This document shows, piece after piece, positions 29,201-38,901 of a stretch of DNA of 64,000 nucleotides. The position numbers were made by a program, and so were the translations under genes. The notes beneath the pieces were generated by a model that worked only from the letters and a program-made list of their open reading frames with translations, had not been told where the DNA came from and made no database searches. Each line of letters begins with the position of its first letter. The stretch's first letter is position 1. The DNA is from Thermoplasmatales archaeon (GTDB taxonomy: Archaea; Thermoplasmatota; E2; DHVEG-1): positions 308-64,307 of the forward strand of contig JBFYMG010000053.1 of NCBI GenBank assembly GCA_041305025.1, read 5' to 3'.

Positions 29201-29260
29201 TCCAGCAATCCCACCGCCGACAACGGCAACCGCTCCAATCTTGTCAGATTTATGTGTCAT
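26213..29260 (-). CDS. Double HdrA-like flavoprotein (two HdrA-type FAD modules in one 1015-aa chain)
   Basis: Module 1: [27 protein letters not shown]...[15 protein letters not shown]. An internal HdrA N-domain motif, [15 protein letters not shown], lies at about aa 455. Module 2: [28 protein letters not shown]. Several CX2CX2CX3CP ferredoxin motifs. Confidence 0.85.
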   Translation of the reverse strand: [1015 protein letters not shown]

Positions 29261-29266
29261 ATCTCT

Positions 29267-29932
29267 CTACTCAGTTTTCCGGCTATATCCTTCTTTTATA
29301 GCAATATTTTTAATCGCATTCATCAACTTGGGAATCTCCACGCCTTGAGGACATTGCGTAAAACATCGATGATGCATGGAACATATTTCAACAAACTTAT
29401 TAGAAAACACATTTTCCTTCATTCCAAGTAGTGCATTCTTAATTACTTTCCTTGGCGAATACAAAGAGTCAAGTTCTCGCTCAGGGCAACCTGCAGTGCA
29501 TGTCCCGCAAGAAAAACACTCATACAAATCCTTTCCAGATTCATCTTTTATGAGTTTGTATTTGAAATCAAGATCAAGAGTTTTCTTAGCTTTCTTCCCG
29601 GTCACGTCCTCAGTCTGCTCTTCAAACATCCGCGCATTACGAACCGCATTCATGACTTCTTTGACATTAACCTGTTGCGGACATTTCTCAAGACAACGGA
29701 AATGAGCACTGCAAATCCAGATAAACTCGCTGGATAAAACTTCCTCCTTTAATCCTAGCAATGCCATTCGAATAATCACGCGAGGATTCCACTCAGGTTT
29801 TACATCCATTTCTGGGCAACGAGCAGTGCATGACCCGCATGCAAAACATTTCAAGATACCTTCTCCACCGTCTTCCTTGGCAATTTGAAATTTGAAATTT
29901 GAATCAATTTTGCGGGAGTCAATCACATCCAT
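29267..29932 (-). CDS. Tandem-duplicated HdrC-like iron-sulfur protein
   Basis: 221 aa with two homologous halves. Each half has CxxCGxCTAxCPE followed by ICSxHxRCxxxCPQ. Confidence 0.7.
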   Translation of the reverse strand: MDVIDSRKIDSNFKFQIAKEDGGEGILKCFACGSCTARCPEMDVKPEWNPRVIIRMALLGLKEEVLSSEFIWICSAHFRCLEKCPQQVNVKEVMNAVRNARMFEEQTEDVTGKKAKKTLDLDFKYKLIKDESGKDLYECFSCGTCTAGCPERELDSLYSPRKVIKNALLGMKENVFSNKFVEICSMHHRCFTQCPQGVEIPKLMNAIKNIAIKEGYSRKTE

Positions 29933-29933
29933 G

Positions 29934-31052
29934 CTACTTTTCTCCTACCTCCAAGAACTCATCTTCTCGATACACAATCATTGGAATCTTTTCCTTTGGA
30001 TCTTTTCCAGGCTGGTAATTGAATTCTTTCTGTGCGTTCTCTGCAGCGGGGATAAACACATCCATCAACGGAATATTATTTGGGCATGCCTGTTCACATA
30101 ACCCACACTCCACACAAGAAAGAATCATATGATTCATCCTTCCAATATGGAACAAAATAGAATCACTTGGCATCTTTAACAGACCCTTGCTCTCTGCTTT
30201 TTTCAGGAATTTATACGCCTCTGCATCAAATACAGATGATTCGAACAGACATTCTTTACAATAGCAGATTGGACATGCCTTCATGCAATTATGACAATTC
30301 ACGCACTTGTCAAAAAATGTGGCGAGAGCATCGATACCTTTAATGGAACTCTTTTCCTTAACAAATGCTGTATTATGTTTTGCCTTGTTTTCATGAATCG
30401 CCTTTACGGCCTTGTCACGATCATGCTCTTTAGCCTCATTCAATTTTAAACCTTCGATTAGTTTTTTACCAGTTTCCGTGTGAGCTTCAATTAAAATTTC
30501 CTTTTCAGCATCCATTCCATATATCCCAATGATAAAATCAGCATTGCTTGGAATCGGATCTTTACACACACGACATGCCGATCTCAGATACTTTTCAGCA
30601 TCATCTGTCTTCTTTATAAATGCATCAATCACAAACTTAGCAGGTTTCTTCTTCTCAGGAAAATCAGCATAGATATTAACTGGGAAAGTTCCAAGACAAT
30701 CAACACCAATAATCACGATATTTTCGGGATTTGCTTGATTCAATTTTACCAATTCAGTAAATGCACGAATCTGACACGGCCGCATGACAACACCGATTGG
30801 TTTATTTGCAGCCTGAAACTTTGTAATCCTGGACACTATTGACGCCGTAGATATAGGCAGGACAGGAGCGAAAATATCTGAGTTTAACTGATCAGGATTT
30901 GAAATCAATACTGGAAATGCTATTTTCTTTGTAGGAGTTTCCTGCGGAACCAACAATGCATGAATCTTTTTTGATTCAAGCAATTCCTTAAGCATTGCAT
31001 TGCAAGATTCAGCTACATCCCCGCCTTTAACCTTCAAGATTTTATGTGACAT
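29934..31052 (-). CDS. FrhB/FdhB-family-like iron-sulfur (flavo)protein
   Basis: 372 aa. GVVMRPCQIRAFTELVK and IVIIGVDCLGT resemble the FrhB/FdhB fold. C-terminal CVNCHNCMKACPICYCKEC and CVECGLCEQACP clusters. Confidence 0.55.
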   Translation of the reverse strand: MSHKILKVKGGDVAESCNAMLKELLESKKIHALLVPQETPTKKIAFPVLISNPDQLNSDIFAPVLPISTASIVSRITKFQAANKPIGVVMRPCQIRAFTELVKLNQANPENIVIIGVDCLGTFPVNIYADFPEKKKPAKFVIDAFIKKTDDAEKYLRSACRVCKDPIPSNADFIIGIYGMDAEKEILIEAHTETGKKLIEGLKLNEAKEHDRDKAVKAIHENKAKHNTAFVKEKSSIKGIDALATFFDKCVNCHNCMKACPICYCKECLFESSVFDAEAYKFLKKAESKGLLKMPSDSILFHIGRMNHMILSCVECGLCEQACPNNIPLMDVFIPAAENAQKEFNYQPGKDPKEKIPMIVYREDEFLEVGEK

Positions 31053-31062
31053 AATTCATCTC

Positions 31063-31521
31063 CTAAATATTCCACTGTTTTGCAATGGGACTAGGGCCCA
31101 ACTTTCTTATCGCTTCAGTCATCTCTTTCATCGTTTCGGCAAATTTCTGTCCTTCTGATGCAGAAATCCATCGGACCCAAACACGCTCTGGATCCAGGCC
31201 CAACGTATCCAAAATATTCTTCAGCAGAACCATTCTTCTTCGTGCTTTGTAATTTCCATCAATATAATGACAATCACCAGGATGACAGCCACCGACAAAA
31301 ACACCATCGGCACCATCAAGCAATGCACGTAGAATGTACACGGAATCAACAGACCCTGAGCACATAACTCGGATAATGCGGACATTGGCCGGGTACTGGA
31401 TTCTACTCGTGCCGGCTAAATCTGCACCCGCGTAACTACACCAGTTACAGAGAAAACCTACAATCTTTGGTTCAAACTTTTCTTTTTTATGTTCCTTATG
31501 CGCTTTTACTTCTTCTGCCAT
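31063..31521 (-). CDS. mvhD: MvhD/FlpD-type hydrogenase iron-sulfur subunit
   Basis: 152 aa. The characteristic region is [40 protein letters not shown]. Confidence 0.85.
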   Translation of the reverse strand: MAEEVKAHKEHKKEKFEPKIVGFLCNWCSYAGADLAGTSRIQYPANVRIIRVMCSGSVDSVYILRALLDGADGVFVGGCHPGDCHYIDGNYKARRRMVLLKNILDTLGLDPERVWVRWISASEGQKFAETMKEMTEAIRKLGPSPIAKQWNI

Positions 31522-31526
31522 CTATC

Positions 31527-34500
31527 TCACTCCAAACAAGCATCAACCATCGACAAAATCTGTCGTTTCGTAAACGTATTCTGCTGTGAAACACCACTCG
31601 GACACAGTGCAGAACACGCACCACAACCCTGACATAGGATTTCATTTATAACAACAATTTTCTTTTCTTCATCAAAGGTTATCGCATCATATGGACATAT
31701 CTCAAGACATAGTTTGCAACCGGCACATTTGCTTGATATAACGCGGGCAATATTTCCCTTAGTTTCCAAATATTCTTTTGAAAGAATAGTTGCCGCTCGT
31801 GCACCAGTTGCCTTTGCTTGTAGTATAGACTCTTCAATAAAGCGCGGTGAGTGCGCAAGACCACACAAGAATATGCCGTCGGCCGAAAAATCAATTGGAC
31901 GCAACTTAACATGCGCCTCAGAATAAAATTTATCCTCATTCAAAGGAACTTTCAACTGTTGTGCCAGAACGATGTTGTCCTGTGGAATAATGCCTGTACT
32001 CAAAACCAGTTTATCTGGATGGAGATTAAGTTCTCTGCCAAGTATTTGTTCAATTGTTTTCACATTTATCTTGCCGTTATCAATTTTAACATCTGGCTCT
32101 TTTTCATCATCGTATCTTACAAAGAGTATTCCTTTTTTGCGTGCTTTTTTATAGAGTGTGTCTTCTCGGAAACCGTAAGTTCGTATATCGCGGTACAAAA
32201 CATACACGGCAGCATCTGGATTAATTTCCTTTAGTTTCAATGCATTCTTCAAAGCCTGTGAACAGCAAATTCGGCTACAATAGGGACGGTCATCATTTCT
32301 TGATCCAACGCACTGGATCATGACAATTTCTTTGAGCTTCTTAAGATAAGGCTTATCCTCGAATAGATCTTTTTCGAACTCAGTCTGCGTAATAATATCT
32401 TCATTTTTAGAATAATGGTATTCTTTTGGTTTGTATGGCAATCCGCCGGAAGCAACTACAACAACACCATGCTCTATTTCTGCAGGTACGGCCTTATCCT
32501 TTGATTTCAACTTGGTTTTAAAATTACCAACATAACCTGAAACATTATCGATTGTTGTACTCTTGAACACTTTTATTTTTGTATGATTTTGGATCTCTTC
32601 GATTGTCGCTTTCAATAATTCCTGAGGTTTTTCTTCGGCAATTCCAAGGTAAATATCTTTTAGATGGCCGCCAAGCTCTGACTCCTTTTCAACGAGAAAT
32701 ACATCATATCCTTGATCTGCAATGGAAAGCGCAGATTGCATGCCTGCAATTCCGCCGCCGATAACCAAGGCACTATGAACGACTGGAATCTGCAAATGCT
32801 GAACCGAATACAAGTCAGCTGCTTTTGACACTGCCATTTTCACCGCATCGATTGCTTTATCATTTGCACCCTTTGGATCAGCCCTATGCACCCATGAATT
32901 CTGATCGCGAAGGTTCGCCATTTCAAACAAGTGGGGATTTAAACCCGCCTGGCGTAATGTATCTTGGAACAATGGTTCATGGGTACGTGGTGTACACGAT
33001 GCAATAACCACACGATTCAAATTAAACTCTTTGATTTTCTCCTTTATTTTTTCTTGAGAATCTTGCGAGCATGTAAAGATACTGTCATCAGCATACACAA
33101 CATTCGGGAGTTTTTTTGCGTATTCAGCTACTTTTTTAACATCAACAACACCAGCGATGTTAATGCCGCAATGACAGACGAATACGCCGACACGCGGGAA
33201 CTCTTGTTTAACATCACGCTCTTCAGGATACACTTTTTCAACGATTTCTGTTCCACGCATTTCAGCAATAGCTTTGGCTGCCTCAGCCGCGGCGGCAGAT
33301 GCTTGCGTAACGCTTTCGGGTATATCCTTTGGTTCTGTCACAGTACCAGATGCATAGATGCCCTCTCGCGAAGTAAGAATTGGAGAAAATGGATCGGTTT
33401 CAACAAAGCCGTATTCATTTAGATTTACGTCTAGAACTTTACCTAAATCACCTAAAGCATTACATGGTTGCAATCCGACAGACAAAACAACCATGTCGTA
33501 ATTTTCATTCTTTAAAGTTCCATCATCATCGACGTAGCGGACAACAAGATTTTTCGTATCACGATCCTGCTCCACACCAGGAATACGACATCGACGATAA
33601 ACCACACCATATTCATCTTTTGCCCGCTCGAAATACTTATCAAAATCTTTGCCAAACGAACGCATGTCCATAAAGTAAACATGGGTCTCTACACCAGGTT
33701 CATGCTCTTTGGCAATCACTGCCTCTTTTGTAGCATACATGCAACAAACTGACGAGCAATATTTTTTATCACAGCTTTCATCGCGAGAACCGACACACTG
33801 CAACCACGCAATTTTTTTCGGTGCTTTTCCATCAGAAATGCGTTGGATATGACCTTTATATGGTCCAGATGCCGAAAGCATTCGCTCAAATTCAATACTA
33901 GTCAAAACATTGGGATATACATGATATCCGTAACTATCTGCTCTTGGTGGTGCGTACTCAGCAAAACCCGGAGACACAATCACTGCACCCACATCAATTG
34001 TTTCTGTTGATTCTTTCATTTGATGATCAACGGCATTGCGTCCGCAGTACAACACACACTGCAGACATTCACAACATCCGGCGCAGTTCAGACATCGTTG
34101 CGCTTCGCGGATCATCTGATCTTTGCTGAACCCTTGATCAACCTCAACAAATGATTTGATTCGTTCTTCTGGAGAAAGCAAGGAAGAGCACTCACGCGAT
34201 AGCACAAAACGTGGTGCTTCTTTTGGTATTTTTGCTTTATTTTTTTCCTTCTTTTCTCGGCCTATTTTCAAATCTTCATTATTCAAATATCGATCAATAG
34301 AAATTGCAGCGTCATGACCGGCAGCAATCGCTTCTACTGCCGATGCTGGTCCCGTCACCGCATCGCCACCGGAAAAGACTCCTTCCAAAGACGTTTGAAG
34401 TGTCAATGGATCTACATCGATTAGTTCTGATTTATTTAATTTAATTTCATTTTGTTCCAAAGGCGCGGCATCAACTTCTTGCCCAATTGAAAAAATAACA

Positions 34501-36044
34501 TAATCACATTCAATGTCAAATTCAGAACCTTTAACCACAATTGGTTTTCTACGGCCAGATGCATCCGGTTCCCCGAGTTCCATCTTTGCGCACTGCAAAC
34601 ACGTGTCTTTTTCATTCTTATGCAGCTTTGTCGGATTCGTCAAAAAGTTAAACTTAATACCTTCTTCCTGCGCTTGCTCGATCTCCTCTCTATTTGCAGG
34701 CATCTCCTTTAAAGACCGTCGGTAAACAACGGTTATTTCACCGCCAAGTCGTCTTGCAGTACGAGCGGAATCCATTGCAACATTTCCACCGCCAACAACC
34801 ACAATTTTTTTACCTTTAAAATAATCTGGAGCAATCATGTCTCTGTTGAGTTGTTCCAGGTATTCAACGCCCTGTAGGATATGAGAATCCAAACCCTGGC
34901 AACATTCTACACCAGACGCACGGCTCTTATGCGCACCAATAGCAACAAAAAATGCTTTGAATCCTTGACTTTTCAGATCTTTCAAATTAAAATCTTTTCC
35001 AAATTTCTGATTGTTTTTTATTTCTATATTACCATCCGCACATAACAAATCTATCTCTTTACGTAAATATTCTCGCGGGAGTCTATAATCTGGAACACCG
35101 TAGCGAAGCATACCGCCGTTGTACTTTTCCTCTTCAAAAATAGTCGGCTTATAACCTAATCGCGCAAGATCATATGCTGCTGTAAGTCCAGCTGGACCGG
35201 CACCAATGACTGCAATCTTTTGTTCTTTACCACGTTTTAAATCTACTTCGACGATATTTTTGGCCTTAGTTTTCTCATCACGCTTTTTACGATAGTCAGC
35301 CAGCTCCTCCGGGTGTTCATAGATATAATCTGCGATAAATCGTCTGATCTTGCAAATGGAAACTGATTCTTCGATATCTTTACGATTGCACTCACCTTCA
35401 CAAGGATGATAACAAATTCTACCAAGCGATCCTGGTAAAGGGATGGTATCTCGTATAAGTTCGTAAGCTTCTGCAAATTTTTCTTGGGATGCCAATGCGA
35501 TAAAGCCCTGCACATTCAAACCTGCAGGACATGCAAGTTTACATGGCGATACATCTTCGTTTTTAGCAATTGCAAAAACATTTGGGATGGCTTGCGGAAA
35601 TGGCTGGTAAATAGCCTTATGAACTGCAAGTCCTTCGTCAAAATCAGATGCCATTTTAACCGGGCAGTGCTCAACACAATCACCACATCCGTTACATTTC
35701 TCAAGATCGACAAATCTAGGATGCTTCGTAACTGTAACATGAAAATCTCCTACCGCTCCAGCAATACCAGTAACTTCAGCATTAGTAATGATTCTGATAT
35801 TCTCATGACGGCCAGTGTAGACTAGTTTAGGGGCAAGAATGCACATGGCGCAGTCGTTCGTCGGAAAAGTTTTATCCAGTTGCGTCATCGTTCCGCCGAT
35901 GGAAAGCCCGCGGTCGACAATGTAGACCTTAAATCCAGCATCGGCAAGATCGAGCGATGATTGAATACCTGCAATACCGCCACCTATGACAAGCACTGAA
36001 CCGTGTTTTGCATTAGTAATCGAAGTGCCTCTCTTATTTGTCAT
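31527..36044 (-). CDS. HdrL-like giant fusion: HdrA module + inserted GltD/NfnB-type NAD(P)H module + second HdrA module
   Basis: 1505 aa. The N-terminus carries [25 protein letters not shown]...[15 protein letters not shown]. The insert carries [14 protein letters not shown]...[34 protein letters not shown]...[16 protein letters not shown] and [14 protein letters not shown]. Next come an internal [15 protein letters not shown] and [28 protein letters not shown]. Confidence 0.85.
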   Translation of the reverse strand: [1505 protein letters not shown]

Positions 36045-36054
36045 AATCTAAATC

Positions 36055-38010
36055 TCAAATAATATCGTCAACCATGTTGAGAATCTGTTTTTTTGTAAAA
36101 TTTTTATGAATCGATGCATTGCTCGGACACGAGGCAATACACGCACCACACCCCACACACAATGCCTCATTAACCTCAGCAATTTTTGATTTTTCATTCA
36201 GAGTACGCGCATCGTACGGACATATTTCGACGCAGACACCGCACCCAGTACATAACTTTTCATCAACAGCAGCAATCAAAGGATCGATCTCAAGTTCCTT
36301 TTTTGCAAGAATCGTAGTCGCACGAGAAGCGGCCCCACTCGCTTGTGAAACAGTATCTTGAATATCCTTGGGACCTTGACAACAACCTGCGATAAAAATG
36401 CCGTTCACAAATGTATCCATCGGTCGCAACTTTGGATGAGCTTCCAAAAGGAATCCGTCACCACTTAGTGTCAAATGAAGAAGTCGAGCAAAATCCACGG
36501 CATTTGATCGTGGCACCAATGCAGGAACTAGTACAACAAGATCGGTTGTAATCTCAAATAACTTATTTGTCGTCGTATCGAAAATATCGATTTTCTGTTG
36601 TGCACCCATATTCCGTACTTCAGACGGTCGTCCACGAAACATGTTTGTTTTTAAGCCACGAACTTTTCGATAAAATTCCTCATAGCCTTTTCCGTAAGAG
36701 CGAATGTCTGTGTAACATACATTGATTTCGACATCTTCGCCAAGTTTCTCCCTCAAGAGATATACTTGTTTTAAAGCACTCATGCAGCCAATACGACAAC
36801 ACCAAGTGCACTGCGTCTCATCACGTGAGCCAACGCATAAAATGAAAGTAACGCTCTTTGGCTTCTGCTTGTCGGATGGACGCAATATCTCTCCTTTTGT
36901 AGGCCCTGAAGAACTAATCAACCGCTCAAGCTCAAGAGTTGTAATAACATCTGGAGCAGCATATCCATATTCATATAGACTTGACGGATCTAAAAGATCG
37001 TAACCTGTAGTAACAATAATTGCTCCAACTTTTTTCTCAATGATTTCTTCTTTTTGATCAAAGTTAATTGCATCTTGTGCACATGCTTTTTTACAGAGCG
37101 GTTCATCCCCGCATTTTCCTCGCGTTAAGAACAGACAATGTTTAGAATCGATTGTATACTTCAAAGGAACAGCCTGTGGAAACGGCATGTACGCGGCACC
37201 TCGCTTCCCCATTCCCATGTCAAACTCATTTGTTACTCTATCTTTCAACCTGCATGCCGCTGCGCAATCCCCACAACCGGTACATTTCTCCAAATCAACA
37301 TAGCGTGGTTTCTTTTTGATTTTCACTTTATAATTCCCGATACTACCCTCGATGCCAGCTAATTCAGAGTAAGTGAATAGTTCGATATTCTGATGATTTG
37401 CAACTTCCATCATTTTAGGAGTAAGAATGCATGAAGAACAGTCCAGTGTTGGGAATGTCTTATCAAGCTGCGACATCCTTCCGCCAATACTTGGTTCTTT
37501 TTCTACCAAATAGACCTTAAATCCATTGTTCGCCAGATCCAACGATGCCTGTATGCCAGCAATACCCGCGCCTATCACCAATGCCTCGGGCGTCACTGGA
37601 ATGTTTGACGTTTTGAGTGGCTCTAGCAACTGCGCTTTTGCCACAGCACTCCTTATCAAAAACTTTGCTTTTTCTGTTGCTTTCTCTTTATCGCTATGAG
37701 CCCATGAACACTGTTCGCGGATATTGGCTATCTCCAAACGGTATGGATTTACGCCACCATCGCTGACGACCTCTCTAAAAGTATGTTCGTGCATTCTTGG
37801 TGAACATGAAGCAACAACAACGCAATCAAGACCGAACTCCTTGATGGAATCTTTAATCAACGTGGCGCCAACATCAGAACACATGTACTTGTAACTCTTA
37901 CTAACAACCACACCATCAAGATTGCTTGCATATTTTGTTAACTCTTCAACATCAACAGTATGAGAAATGTTGATACCGCAATGGCAGACGAATACGCCAA
38001 TTCGACGCAT
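36055..38010 (-). CDS. hdrA: Heterodisulfide reductase subunit A (canonical length)
   Basis: 651 aa. [17 protein letters not shown] N-domain, [42 protein letters not shown], and C-terminal 2x[4Fe-4S] motifs. Confidence 0.9.
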   Translation of the reverse strand: [651 protein letters not shown]

Positions 38011-38022
38011 GTAACCTCACAT

Positions 38023-38895
38023 CTATCCAAATTCTAGTTTACCAACTGGGCTGAGATTCAACTCTAAACCTAGTTTATCACGTTTCAAGCCAAAGGCAAG
38101 ACCAATCAACTGTGTAAGATATAACACCGGGACGTCAAGTTTGGCTGCGACTGTTTCACCAGCCTTCACCTGTTTTGAGTCAAACATTTTATGACACCAT
38201 GGGCACACATCAACCAGTGCAACAAAACCCTGCTCCTGAATTGCCTTTAATTTCTGCCCTGTTTTTGTCAAAGCCGATTCAGGTAGATTCGCAAGCAAGG
38301 GCGCGCCACAACAATCCAATTTTTGTGCATAAGGAACAGTTTCGGCTCCTAGCACCTTAAGAATTTCCTCCATCTTCTGCGGATTTTCAGAGTGAACGGG
38401 CCTGCCAATTTCACTTGGCCTAATTAAATGACAGCCATAATGCGTTGCAATTTTCAATCCTTTCAACGGTTTTTTCACATGCTGTTTAATTGCCTCAATA
38501 CCAATATGATCGTGCAACAAATCAACAGTATGAACAATCCCCTTATCACCCTGGTATTCTAAATCTTCAGAGGCAAGCATTTCATTGATACGCTTCTTCA
38601 TCTCGGGATTGCTGTCAAGTACATATTTACATTCTGAAAGTGCAAGATGGCACATTGCACATGGGGCAAACATATCTAATTTGTGTTTCTCACCAATTGC
38701 AAGATTTCGTGCCGACAGATAAAGCGTCATCAATTGATTCACACTTTTCATCGGTTCGCCGCAGCATGAAAAACCTTCAATGTCAACCAGTTCAACATCC
38801 AAAAGTGGCAAAATTTCTCTTAAGGAAAGCTCGTAGCCATATTGTTCCGTTGGCATTACACATCCTGGATAAAGCGCGTATTTTTTCGTCAGCAT
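38023..38895 (-). CDS. hdrB: Heterodisulfide reductase subunit B
   Basis: 290 aa with two CCG domains (FSCCGEPM and LDCCGAPL). Confidence 0.9.
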   Translation of the reverse strand: MLTKKYALYPGCVMPTEQYGYELSLREILPLLDVELVDIEGFSCCGEPMKSVNQLMTLYLSARNLAIGEKHKLDMFAPCAMCHLALSECKYVLDSNPEMKKRINEMLASEDLEYQGDKGIVHTVDLLHDHIGIEAIKQHVKKPLKGLKIATHYGCHLIRPSEIGRPVHSENPQKMEEILKVLGAETVPYAQKLDCCGAPLLANLPESALTKTGQKLKAIQEQGFVALVDVCPWCHKMFDSKQVKAGETVAAKLDVPVLYLTQLIGLAFGLKRDKLGLELNLSPVGKLEFG

Positions 38896-38901
38896 CCACC
38901 T

